Shown: positions 1-11,900 of the stretch, piece after piece
How the letters are laid out: each line of letters begins with the position of its first letter
Position numbering within the stretch: position 1 is the stretch's first letter
Origin: Vicugna vicugna
Taxonomy: Eukaryota
NCBI GenBank assembly: GCA_013265495.1
Contig: MU058463.1
Coordinates: 2,069,523 to 2,133,522 of the forward strand
Direction of reading: 5' to 3'
DNA: 64,000 nt
Program-made: the position numbers and the translations under genes
Notes under the pieces: model-generated
Told to the model about the DNA's origin: nothing
Database searches by the model: none
Seen by the model: only the letters and a program-made list of their open reading frames with translations

Positions 1-459
1 CCCTAAATTCTATGAACAGTCATTCCACCCTGAGGGACTGTGTCTTGTCTTTGCAAAGATGTGCCAGGTCAAGTTAAGGAGATACTGTCCAGAGGGACCG
101 CAGGGCTGGCAGAGGCACAGGGACACAAGTGGTTCTTCACCCAAAGGAATATTACAAGATTTATATTGATCATAGTAATTCCTGGATTCCTATTATCTTT
201 ATCTTATATATTAAACCATCACCAGGATTCCGGAAGGGAATTTAAGTCATGTGAAAAAAAATGATCATTATGAAATTCATGTAAGTAGATTATTTTGGGA
301 GATTATATTCCTTGCAACATGCCTTTGATCAACTAGAAGGCTGCTAATACTTAACTAATACTTACTTTACTTTTACCTTGATGAGATTTTTTTCCCTGGC
401 CTTTTAAAGCCCATTTAGTCCAAAGGGATAATGAATTATGAGCATCTAGTCTTACTTAC

Positions 460-589
460 TACTCTGCTGTCACCCTCCTAATTATTTTTGGTTTCATGGT
501 CTTCCATGTCTAGGATAATTATTCGATAATTTCCCCCTTCTCTCTGGTACATTTAGAGTTCAGTTTGAGTGCACACGATCCCTCTCGCC
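460..589 (-). other. Candidate spliced exon (probably 5' UTR) of the gene starting at the CpG island
   Basis: Minus strand has a pyrimidine-rich acceptor (ttcttgttattccttccag|G at 589) and a GTAAGT donor at 459, giving 130 nt of non-repetitive sequence. No reading frame I recognise. Confidence 0.3.
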
Positions 590-861
590 CTGGAAGGAAT
601 AACAAGAATGTTCATGTCTTGTTTTAACAAGTGGATGATCTGTCCCAGCTTCAGAGTCAGAACTTCATACTATAAAAAGGAGACCATTATGTTTAACTTT
701 TTGCCCTGTGAGAAAAGCAGGATATGTCAAACCTCTACTTAAGTTGTTTTTTTTTTCTTTCTTTTATCCTTATGAGTCCCTCTCATGAGTTAATTTCTTT
801 CATAGACTACATAAGCCCCTTAAAGAGCAGCACTGTTCCCTGACAAACACACTGGCACGCA

Positions 862-874
862 GTTAATCATTAAT
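862..874. promoter_or_regulatory. HNF1 binding site
   Basis: GTTAATCATTAAT matches the HNF1 consensus GTTAATNATTAAC at 12/13 positions. Confidence 0.5.
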
Positions 875-1507
875 TTTGCATGGTCCACATCTGCTGTCTG
901 CTGGACTGTATATTGTTTGAGAGACTTCCTCCCATTAGTATAAATGCTGCTGTGTGGGGGCAGTGCGAGATCTTTATCTGAGCTATTATCAGCAGTCCAG
1001 ACAGTCTCATGCCTCCCCTTAACAAGTCCAAGTTACAGAGTTCACAAGGCTTAAACCTACAGGAATACGGTAGTATTTTTTTTTTTATATAGGAAAACAA
1101 CAGCTGCAGAAACAGACTCAGTAACACACCCCGGCTGAGTATGTGCAGATTCTAAAAACAGGTGCACCTCACAGCTATAACTGTTGTGTTCTGGAAAAAA
1201 AAATTTTTTTAAAGCATGACATTCACTTCTTCATCAGATCAAGGTCTAAACAAAGTTATGTATTAGAGGCACATAAAGAAATCCAGAAACATGATCAGCT
1301 GAAATACCAACGCTTTTTTAAAAAGCCACAAAGGTAGCGCTTAAGATTGCCAGAGCAAGATGACTTTTATTTTACTGCTGGTGAGTGGCTACTTTATGAA
1401 AGTCTAAGGAGGTAGCCAGCCGTGCACATAAAAGTTACGTTTTAATGGCAAGCAAATGAAATTATATCATCTTTCTTCTCGTCCTTGGACCTGGGCTGGG
1501 GTTCCAG

Positions 1508-1514
1508 TTTTATA
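1508..1514 (-). promoter_or_regulatory. TATA box (TATAAAA) on the minus strand, predicted TSS about 1480-1485
   Basis: Plus-strand ttttata at the left edge of the CpG island, with GC boxes upstream on the minus strand. Confidence 0.5.
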
Positions 1515-1539
1515 CTGCTTGGGGAGAAGTGGAAATTAG

Positions 1540-2260
1540 GCTGTGTGTGGGTGGAGGAGAGGCGGACTTGAATGCGATCCTGTCCAAACACTCCCTCGCA
1601 GCCTCGCGCTCGGTGGTACGTGGAGGCTGGAAAGAGTGAGCCGCGCGGCCCCCGGCCCAGGGAGGGGACGCCCCGCGCCGCGCCCGCCAGGAAGGCAGCG
1701 ACGGCCGAGCCCAGGAAATGTCAACGCTGTGTGGCTCTTTCAACTTGAAAGCGACTTGCCTCGTTTACTTGAAAATCAACACTGCAGTCACGCAGTGTGT
1801 TGTTTCCAGACATAATTGAGATTGAACTCCAACCAGTTCCGAAACAAGCGTTACTTTCCGCAGCCCGGGAGAAGCCAGCGGGCCGGGGCCAGAAGGGAAG
1901 TCGGGGACACAGAGCGCTCTGGATGCCGTTCATCTCTGTGTGTCCTCACGGCAGAGGCAGCGCGAGGAGCCGTGCACGCCCCGCAGACGGGAGCGCCGCC
2001 TCCGGGGGTCCCTGGGGCCTCCGGCACCCGCTCCGCCGGAGGCCGTGCTGACCGAGGAGAGGGCCCGGGGATCGCTTTCAACCTGCTGTAGAGACATCAG
2101 TGATGCCGGCCTGGCCCCGAGAGCTCGGAGCAGTTCCCTGCCTTCTCTGCAGCCCGACTTCCCGCCAGGCCCTTAGTGAGGTCAGGAGCGGCCCCTTGGG
2201 GACAGGAGAGACAACCTCCAGGGGCACTGTTCAGCCCCACCGGAACCGCTGGCACGTGAG
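1540..2260. promoter_or_regulatory. CpG island / promoter
   Basis: High GC and dense CpG (gccgcgcggcccccggcc, cgccccgcgccgcgcccgcc) against a CpG-depleted background. Sp/KLF-like GC boxes and TACGTG at 1617-1622. Confidence 0.85.
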
Positions 2261-2999
2261 AGCTCTCCTTGGAGGCCTGCCACTCTTAGAAACAACCGAG
2301 ATTTGGAGGCTGAGAATTCTCAAGTTATGTATAAGTTGAGTAAAAATAACAATTCTGCTGCTACTTTTTATTATAGAAGTTTCGCATTTAGTCTCTTGCC
2401 CCTCAACTCCTGGGGATGTGAGAGGAACCATATTGCTAATTCACTGGCTTGGGACTCTCTTGGGTTTCCATCTTCAGTGGAGGGCCAACCTTTGATCTGG
2501 AATAAAATAAGAGATGCTGAATGGAGTAGTTTATAGAAATAATATTTTTAGGCGTCATGGCAGCATTTTGAAGCTATAACATTCTTGATGGTATAGTTTT
2601 CATTTAAGGAAGACTGTAAAAGTTTCAAGCAAGGGATTATGGGAGGGTTTAGTTATTTTAATGTCACAAGGTACCTCCTTCCTGCCCCGCCCCCCCAACA
2701 CAATTCCACTGGCAAGAGAAAGAACTGGATTTTACTACTGAATTAACAGTCAAAAAGATAAGTGATATAAATACAAGTGCTCTGACTGTATTTAGCTAAA
2801 GCGTTTACATATTGAGTAAACATTTACAAGGGTAGATGGAAGTGGGTAGGCGCTGAAGCATGTTTCTCTGCCTGTAGTACAGGGGCAGCAGCAGGTCTAG
2901 GCTGGGACTGGCAAATGAGCCATCCAGTCTTCCTCAGTTTAGCTTGGGGAAAGGCGTTGTCAGAAGTCAGTCAGTGCTCAGAAGGTGGAGAGATCAAGA

Positions 3000-3135
3000 G
3001 TCCAGGTGGCGTTGTAACAAAGAGCGTGGACTTTTCCGGGAGACCCCCCTGCTCTCAAACCCAGCTCGGCCAGTGGGAACCCTCGACACACTGTCTGAAC
3101 TCTCTAAACCGTGTTTCCTGCATCTTAAACTACCT
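3000..3135 (+). mobile_element. MIR SINE fragment
   Basis: agagcgtggact...caaacccagctc...ctctctaaaccgtgtttcctgcatct resembles the MIR core. Confidence 0.6.
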
Positions 3136-3649
3136 GTGAGCACGTTGTGCTGACTACATGAAACAGGACTCCTGAAAGGTGTTATCTGGTGTCGGGTGTA
3201 ATGAGCAGGGGTCTCAGAACCAGGAATAGGAAGCACAGATGAGCGTATCCAGGCTCCCAAACCAGTGAATAGCCAGCAATCAAGAAGTCGAGGAACTGTA
3301 GGGACAAAGAACCAAATCAACGTTGCCAAGAGCCATAAAAGTACCCAGACAGCTGGAGATCAAATGGTGGACTTGGTGATCAAGACTCAGAACAATTCAA
3401 AACCCTGGAGATAGAGTAAAAAGACAGCTTCAGAGGCAAGGCCAGAATGTCACAGTGAGCAAACCTAGTCCTGTCTCCATCCCAGCAGGGCAGAAAGTGA
3501 TTTGCAGTGAAGACTGAATGGTACGTGGTACTGATAAACTGATGGGGCAACAACTCTCATGGGTCTGGAAATTTGAAATTATAATATTGATGTGATCTGG
3601 GGCTCCTAGAATGAGAAAGAAACACTAGAGATTATATCAAGTCAGTAAT

Positions 3650-6170
3650 TTGCTTGGGATACTTGGCAAAAGCAAACTCAAAATTCCTCCAGAAAACAGA
3701 TCTTCAGACAAGGATTCTCACAAAGCTCTGGGTACAATGAATTCACAATTCAGAATGCATGAAAAAACCAGTGCATGTGAATAAGAGACCGAAGACTCAG
3801 AAGTGTTATTAGAACCTTCACTCTCATGAAATTCAAATGATAGAACGCTCTGATATAAACTGTGAAATGAGTATGTTAAAGTTGATTCAAGACATGATAG
3901 AAAGACTCAAAACCATCAAAATAACAACATATTAAGAAAAGATGAAAAGGTAAATTCGAAAAAAATCACCAAGTGGAATATCCAAAAATTAAAAAAAAAA
4001 CTGTTTAAATATAAAACCAAATGAATGGGTTAAGTGTAGATCTGACACAGCTGAAGACAAAATTATTAAAATGAAAGATATACCTGAGGAAATTATACTC
4101 TTATTCAGCACAGAAAATAAAGTGGAAGGAAAATATAAGAAGAAAGAAAGAGACAGAGATAGAATGAGAAAATCTGACATATGTCCAATGATATTTTGAA
4201 AACAAGAGAATAGAGATGATGTTAGAGAGGCAATTTTACCAAAGAGATAGAAATAGGGTTTTCCAAGATTTACAAAAGATACAAGTCAAGTTCTAAAATT
4301 GTGTTTAACCCCAAGCAGGATATGTATAAATAAATCTGTCCTAGGCATACTGCACTGAAGTTGCTAAAGATCTGAGACAAAGCAACTTAAAAGCAACCAG
4401 AGAGAGAAAGACAGATGATTATACAGATATGGCAATTGAAATCCAGAGGACAAGGACAGAAGAATGATACTCTCCAAATTCTAAGACAAAATAAATCTTA
4501 ATAAAAAAAAAATCAGTGATGCTACACACAGCTGAAATCTTTAAAGAATGAGATATATAGTTGAGCAAACATTTGAGGTAACTGAAATTATCCCTTTAAA
4601 TACTACAATGATTTACAAAATTTTGGCTAAATTATAAATGAAACCCTTTATAAATTATACACACCCATCCCTGAATCCATATTCAAATCATAATAACTAT
4701 AATGTAATTTTTTTTGAAATCTCAAGCAATATGTCATAATGACAAATTGTTTTTAAAAGTAGGGAGGTTTTGGATCAAGATAACAAATCAAATACATATG
4801 TTGACTATTTTCTCAAAATCCCAGTGAAATGTCAGTAAAGATGTATAAAAGGGAATAAATCCATAACGGTGCTGAGACGGGGAGGGAGGGCCATCAGCAC
4901 TGCAGAGACATGACAGATTACAGGAGAGGCAACACATATGGGAATCTTATTTCCAGCCAGTCAGAGGGGAAGAAGACCAAGCAAATGTGGGACTCTTTCC
5001 CCGGCCTGGAAGTGCAGCTGTGGCAGATGTAGAGAGCAAGAATGGTGACAATACAGAAATCAACAGAGCGATAAAAGGGCAACGTGTCGACGGCTGGCTC
5101 AGACCTCCTACCACCCCTCCACGCAGACAGGAGCCGGGGAGCCGGAGTGTCTGCACCAGGATGGAAGCAGAGATGGAGAGCCAGTGTGAAGGTCATCCCC
5201 CAAGAGGAAAGTCCCTCTCGTTTTGACCTTTGGGGTGGGAAAAGCTCTCTCTTGTTGCTTTCACCCCAACAGCAAGTCAGTTAAATCCAAGAGGCAGGTC
5301 TTCAGAAGGGAAGTCAATTCATTTAAATAATTAATATGTAGAAGAAAGTGAATTATTTTAGTAATAATGTAAAAGTATATGTTTCTTCTGTTAATAAAGA
5401 GAAAACAATTAGAAGCTCCAAAGGAGGGAAAATAAAACAGCTACAACAAGAAAATCCTGGTTCATATCTAAGGCAAAATTAATTGTGAAATGATGCTTTA
5501 CATCTAATAAAGCAGAAGAGAATCCATCTGATGTTGACTCTAATTCTCCCTTGAGCGGCACGGGTTTTGTGACAAATAATTTAATTTCTTTCTTTATGGT
5601 TTGGCTACATATAACAATAGCAAATATTTGTTGTTTTTCAATTAAAAAATATACCGATAGTCAAAGCACAGAAGACTGAATAATACAGAGCAAAATGTAA
5701 CATTTATAAACTTTAGCAGTGAAAAAAAATACAGCTGGGAGATGTACAGATGTGGAAAAGGCAGGATAAAATATAAGAAAGAGAACAAGAAAATTATCTG
5801 AAGTTGACAGATTGAGAAGTAGAAGCTTAGGAGATCGCTGTGTTAAATTATGGAAGAAATTTAAGAGAATAAATTAAGTTACTAGTATATTAAATATAAC
5901 AAAAATACACCAAAGAGGAAAAGGTAAAGAAACTATAATTAGCTGAATTCTTCCTTTTTCATAAAGGGAATTAATTAAATTCTGTCTAAGGTTGACAAAT
6001 CAAAAAATGGGGTCAATATAAACACCTCATTAAAATTATCAAATAATCCCCAGAAGTGCTGAAACCAGAATGATTTTAAGTGATTATCTCTAGAGAGAGC
6101 AGGAATTTTCTTTCTGTTTTACATAGTTGGTTTATTTTTTATTCCATGCATTTCTTGTTTTTGCAATTAA
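3650..6170 (+). mobile_element. Ancient L1M/HAL1 fragments (ORF1-like region plus UTR pieces)
   Basis: A-rich ORF1-like text (agatctgacacagctgaagac...gaatgagaaaatctgacata) and an L1ME-like 3' tail near 6080-6170. Confidence 0.6.
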
Positions 6171-6424
6171 ATAAACCAACTTATACTTCAATTAGAGAGT
6201 ACTCTTATTCTAAAATATTTTTCAAATTTCAAATACAAATAAATGTCCAAATGTTTAAGTCTGAAAAATATAGGAGAGAAAAAATTTGAGAAGTCAATAT
6301 GGCACAGATTCCTTTGAAGATGAAATAACACTTCAAGATATAATGACAACTTATCAGAGGAAAAAAATTTAAGATATTATTTTAATTTTAAAAACCACAC
6401 AACAAAGATAAAATTACATTCTGC

Positions 6425-6835
6425 ATCTTTTACTTACTATGTGCCCATAAGTGAGCTATTTACCACTGAATCTCAATTTTCTCAAAATCCCATAATATAA
6501 GCCTAATGGTATCTGTAAAAGTTGTTGGTAGGAATAAATGAGATGATTTTAATGAAATTACTAGCTCATTTCAGATGTTCAAAATTGCTAGATTATTAGC
6601 ACCAATATCTACATAATAAATACCTGTCTGTATATGAAAAAGAAAAGAAAAGAAAAAGCTCAGAATAGTGCGATGGAGAGAGAACGGATTTTTTTAGAGA
6701 CTTGAGTTCACATCCTGGCTCTGATATCTTGTGAGTATGTGACTTTGGACAGGTAACTTAAACTTCCCAACTCTCATGTTCTACATTTGAACACTGGGGA
6801 TGGTAATCTGCCTCAGTGATATTAAGATTTATGAG
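6425..6835 (+). mobile_element. Two MIR fragments (6425-6600 and 6660-6835)
   Basis: Core motifs gagttcacatcctggctctg...tgtgactttggacaggtaactta and ggaataaatgagatga. Confidence 0.65.
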
Positions 6836-6917
6836 CTGGCTGCTTTCACTGACATAAATGATCCCAGACAGATGAAATGTTGTAGTTGGAATTTCTTTTT
6901 CCTTCTACATCACCGTC

Positions 6918-7383
6918 TGTGGTGGGCATCTGTCATGTAAAACGGATGAATCTGAAGTCCTTTATATGTTTGAGGAATGCCCCGCTTCATAAGTCTTGGC
7001 TGAGATCCAAGATTACAAGGAGCGGAATATACTGAATACTTATTTCCCCAGCCTCCTTCTCTCTTGCACCAAGGGTAAGGCATGTGAACTTGACTTTGCC
7101 AGTCAGAGCACCAGATTTAGACTCCAGACCTGGGACACAAGAGAACAAAGGTCTGGGAGTTCACATGCTCCCTTCCTGGCAATGCCTACAGTAGCAAAGA
7201 CTATAAGCTCAAATTCCTGATGCAGAAGGAGTTGCAGTGAAAACTCCTACGTCTGGTAATCAGAGTGGGTGACAGCAGCTATTTTCTCATGAATGGTTTT
7301 ATAGCCTTTCCAATGAATCTGTGAGCTACCCCATACCCTTTATAAATATTTCATTGTTTACAGCTAAGAACCTGACTTGTATG
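6918..7383 (+). mobile_element. ERVL LTR (LTR33-like) solo LTR
   Basis: Starts tgtggtgggcatctgtca, contains ttccccagcctcc...ggcatgtga, and ends tgtgagctaccccataccc...aagaacctgact. Confidence 0.65.
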
Positions 7384-7659
7384 CTGTGCAGTGTCATTTC
7401 CTAATATACTTGGTATCTCTCCTAGCAATCCTTAATCCGGTCCAATCCCAAATCTATGTCCAGAAGATGGCCAGAAAAATATAGTTCTATATAACAAGAA
7501 TTTGCCATTGTGCTCACAGAAGTGCCATTAAGGTCAACATGAATCTTGGGGGATTGGACAGATACAGAAAGAGCAGAGTCAGGCAAATAATGGAAAAGTT
7601 AGAAAAGAAAGGCTCCAGAAATTGCAGAAAAACAGACCCTGTCAAAGTTCAGGAAAGGA

Positions 7660-7818
7660 GTAAATATCACTGAAGGACTTTACTTCCTCTTCTTGGAAGG
7701 GAGTTAGTGTGTTCTTGGTCAAACACAGCCTAGTTGTACCATGTTAGGTGGAATTATGACCTCCTGATTGTCTTTATTTGGAGATTAAGGAGGTGGGTAT
7801 GGGTGCCAAGTTGACAAG
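7660..7818 (+). mobile_element. ERVL internal 3' end
   Basis: tagttgtaccatgttagg...tgtctttatttggagattaag...atgggtgccaagttgacaag matches the ERVL region just upstream of the 3' LTR. Confidence 0.7.
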
Positions 7819-8277
7819 CAATGGTTAATTTTATGTGTCAGTTTAACTGGTCTAAGCGATGCCCAGATAGCTAGTAAAACATTTCTGGGTGTGTCTATGA
7901 GGATGATTCTGGAAAAGATCAGCATTTGCATCAGTAGACTGAGTAAAGAAGATCGCCCTCACCAAGGCAGGTGCACATTATCCAATCCGTGGAGAGTCTG
8001 AATAAAACAAAAGGTAGAGGATGGGAGAATTTGCTCTCTGCCTGTGCTGGGACATCCATCTTCTCATGCCCTTGGACAGGCTCCCAGGTTTCAGGCCTCG
8101 GGACTTAGACTGAATTATATCATGGGCTTTCCTGGTTCTCCAGCTTGAAGACAGCAGACTGAGGGACTTCTCAGCCTCCATAATTGCATAATCCAATTTC
8201 TATAATAAGACAATAGATGATAGGGAGAGAGAGAGAGAGAGAGAGGGAGATTTCTCTGGAGAACCCAGACTAATACA
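7819..8277 (+). mobile_element. MLT2 LTR (ERVL)
   Basis: tggttaattttatgtgtca...agactgagtaaagaagat...tttctctggagaacccagactaataca, with a (GA)n tract at ~8225-8249. Confidence 0.9.
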
Positions 8278-9019
8278 GCACACTTAGAAAATCTTCAATG
8301 GCCAAAAGACTAATTCTACAAAGGATTAATTGATGGACTTGCAACAACTGAAGAGAAGTCTCTGGAGGTTCACTGTACTTTATTCCCTTACTTGTCCTAT
8401 TCAAGAGTTTTATCTGCCGTAGGTGAAAGCACTGAAGGCATGCTGATGAAATTTCTGGATGACACACAACAGAGCGCTAAGCTTACTGTAGTCACGTTGT
8501 TTATAAACCATTCAGTCTCCATGGCATCCAGCTATAGATTGGGTTAAGCAAGTCGCTTGCCCCAATTGGCTACATTTACTATGCCATGAGTGTTCAGTGG
8601 GTTAATATATGTAAAGTGTTTAGAATAGGGCTTGACACATAATCAATGTTTGGTAAAATTTAGAAGCTACTAAATTATTATTATTGTTTTTACTGTTATT
8701 ATACCTAGCTTACAAAGACATGGCTTTTTATTAACAAGTCTAGATGGCTGCAAAAGATCATAGTAAATGTAGTAGCTGCAAACAAATGAAGTTTTCTGAC
8801 CACGGAATCACTAACTCCCCTTGAAGGAGAGGTGATATTGTGGAGGGACTCACTATGGGGCAAAGGAGATGATAAAAGAGGTTCCAGTGACAAAACCAGC
8901 AAAGAGACACACAGAGAATATAGAAGCTCACATGATTCCCTGCACTTAGGGAGTGTTTAAAAAAAAAGTCTATATTCTGCCTAAACTGGTACATGTTAGC
9001 TGAGTTTAGAGTGCATAGA

Positions 9020-9360
9020 CAATGCAAAAGAACATTGAGAAAGGAAAGTCAGCCATGGTGTGTGTGTACAAGGCAGACAACAGTGAGGTTGTCTAGACTG
9101 AAGTAGATGTAAGTATTGGAAAGCAGAGAAAATCAGTGGGATAGAGAAAATAGATGAACCAAACTAATGTATGATTATGAACACCAGGCTAGTGAATTTG
9201 GACTGGCATCTTGGTTCTTAAAGGAGGGGGATGGCACATAATCACTAACATCTTAGGAAGATTTTAGCAGACCATTGGGAAACTTGGTAAAAGAGTCATG
9301 AGAGGTAAGAAGAAAGGTCATGGGCATACTATTGAGATAATCCTACAGTGTGATAAGGAT
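9020..9360 (-). mobile_element. L2 fragment
   Basis: Purine-rich antisense L2 text (ccaggctagtgaatttggact). Confidence 0.45.
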
Positions 9361-10109
9361 GTTAACACGTGGAGATAAAGTCCACGTGTGAAAGTCCTCA
9401 TTACTTCAAAAGTCAAGTGAGTAATTACTCAATTTCCATTATTTAACTTAATTCATTTTGAAACCAGAGGGTCAAATTTGCATACATTATCAGTTCCATA
9501 TGCTTATAATTTGAATGGGACATGCTCTGATCTGTTGAGATCAGGTTCTCTCAACTGTTTGCTTATTCTTTTGACCATAGTCAAAAGTATACTTTTTATA
9601 TCTGAACCCATGAAAAATTCCACATATTTGAGAAATTAAACCATGAGTAAGTAGTCAGGCTTGACCAAGAAAAACACATGTTTGTGTGTTAGAGAATTTA
9701 GAGGTAAAGCTTGTCAAGAACCAAAGGGTTTCTACTTCTTTACATGTATGTTTGTAGAGCTTGTGATATAAATTACCTAAATGAAAAGAGGAAGAGTTAT
9801 TTTCTTAATGTGTTTGTCTAAAAATTAACACCCAGAACCATGATATTAAATGATATGTTCATTTATTATAGATTAAGAATATATGTGTCACTTTTGAGGA
9901 TTTTTTTCCAAATTTTAAATATTTTAAAACTGTGCCAAGAAAAATTTCAAGTTTTCCATTCCATCTAGGTGCTTCTAAAGCATATGAAGTGTGCTTGTCT
10001 GTCCTAGAATTGAAACTCACACAATCTGTTGAATTTGGGGCATAGATCTTTAGGATTCCTCACTAATTTCTTGATTTATTTCACAACACACATGCAATCC
10101 CTCCACAGA

Positions 10110-11240
10110 TGATGAGGATTCTACTCTCAAAATATATCCCAAATCCTGACACTTCTCACCGCTTCCTCTGCCAACACCTGATCTGAACCAGCATCATCTC
10201 TCACTTAGGTTGTTGCAAAAGCCTTCCAACTTGTCTTCCTGCTTCCATGCCACCCTTTTTAAATCAATTTTCGAAAGAACAACTAGAGTGATTGTGAGAA
10301 AAGCCCAAGTCCCCCCCCTTCATGCTCTGCATTCTAGGGCATAAGTCTTGTTCTTTGGGCAAGTCAGGCACACACATGACTCAGAGCCTTTACACTCACC
10401 GTTTCCTCCACCTGGGGGAACAGTCTTCCCCTAAATGTCCAAAGGGTTGACTCCCCACTCCTTCCTCTAGTATTTACTCAGATATCAGCTTTTCAGTGAC
10501 CAGCATGATAAAAATGTATAATAAGAAAGAACAAATCTGACTCCTTGTTAGATCTGTTCCTTCCACTCTAACCCTGTGCTCTGTTTCCAGTGCTTAGCCA
10601 TGCTGGTTCCTCACCTTTTGTAACAGGCCTACATCCTGAAATATACAGGATCGCCTATTCTCAAAGCTCCGACCTTTAAGGATTTAACACTTTCCCATTC
10701 ATGTAAAGATAACAAGTTGCAGAATAGAAAATAACACTTGTCTTGTTGGAGGTTTACAGCGACACCATGACCTGACCTACATGGACAGCCACAAGAACAA
10801 AGGATTCTGACACCAAGAAGTCTGCAACGACCAACCACGCCCTCTCCCCTTCTCAGTATAAAAGGAGCCTGAAATCTGACTTGGGGAAGATATTTCTTCA
10901 GGACATTCGTCTGCCATCTTCTTGGTCTGCTGGCTTTCCAAATAAAGTCATTACTCCTTGCCCCAACACCTCATCTCCTGATTCACTGGCCTGTCGTGTG
11001 ACAAGCAGAACAAGTTTGGACTCAGTAACCAATGGACTCATCCCCCCAATATTCCTTAAGCCCCTTCTCTGCTTTCCCTTCTCCATAGCACTACTTATTC
11101 CATTTGTATGTCTTGTATTCGTTTATTATTGTCCAGAACAAAGTTCCAAGTGGACAGACATTTTTATTTCTTTTATTCATTGCTATACACTCAGTGCCAA
11201 GTGTACTCTAAGCATCCAATAAATATGTTGAATCAATTAA
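10110..11240 (+). mobile_element. L2a 3' region, split by an ERV1 LTR
   Basis: caaaatatatcccaaatcctgacacttctcacc...catcatctctcac, resuming after 11034 and ending caataaatatgttgaatcaattaa. Confidence 0.75.
10517..11030 (+). mobile_element. ERV1 solo LTR (MER41-like)
   Basis: aacaaatctgactcc near the start, TATAAAA at ~10857, AATAAA at ~10941 and a terminal tttggactcagtaac. Flanked by a 4-bp direct repeat aatg (10513-10516 and 11031-11034). Confidence 0.8.
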
Positions 11241-11374
11241 TCTAGTGAGTATTAATTTCAATATAATTCACTGTTCTATCAATTGTTCATGAGGATTGAA
11301 TCAAGAACAGCAAGGAAACATCAGGTTCTTTAAACATCATTGACACCATCGAAAGCCAGATAGATGACATCCCA

Positions 11375-11610
11375 ATTTGAGAGCAAACACTGAACAATTA
11401 AATACGGGTACCAATCCCACCTCTACCACCTTTCTGGCCCCGTATTTTGGAGGGAATGTTACTTAATCTCTCTGTATTTGAGATTTTTAGTTTGTAAAAT
11501 GTATGTGACAGCTCTTAGATTACTGATAGGGCTGAAGGCAATATGCATATGAAGTGCTTAACACAGGACGTGACACATAATTAGTGATCTGTAACCGTCA
11601 TCATTGTCAT
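11375..11610 (+). mobile_element. MIR SINE
   Basis: ttacttaatctctctgt...tgtaaaatg...gaagtgcttaacacagg. Confidence 0.65.
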
Positions 11611-11764
11611 TATACCCACAAGAGTAATAATAAGAAGAAACCAGATTAATCTCTTGGGATTCTTTATCTTTGTTTATGAACTTGACCCAGTCAGTCTAAA
11701 AATATCTGAACTAAATGTATGAAGCACTGAACTTCTTTTAATTTGCACTTTAAAAATACCTAGG

Positions 11765-11900
11765 AAGATAATGAAACTATTCTATATTTTGACTCTGGTG
11801 GTGTTACACGACCTGTATGCACTTGTCAAAACTCACAGAACTCTACCATGAAAAAGGTGAATTTTACTCTGTGTATAAGTTATGACATTTCAAAACAATA
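11765..11900 (+). mobile_element. L1ME/L1MD 3' end fragment
   Basis: ttgtcaaaactcacagaact...aaaaggtgaattttact. Confidence 0.65.

Noticed and set aside
870..1127. 85-aa minus-strand ORF near the promoter
   Set aside because: Non-ATG start, crosses a poly-A tract and resembles no known protein.
1510..2339. Many overlapping 60-90 aa ORFs on both strands
   Set aside because: Pro/Arg/Gly/Ala-rich chance ORFs expected in a GC-rich CpG island, with no recognisable protein.
2660..3560. Possible ancient LTR flanking the CpG island
   Set aside because: Only a vague resemblance. I could not define termini or a family.
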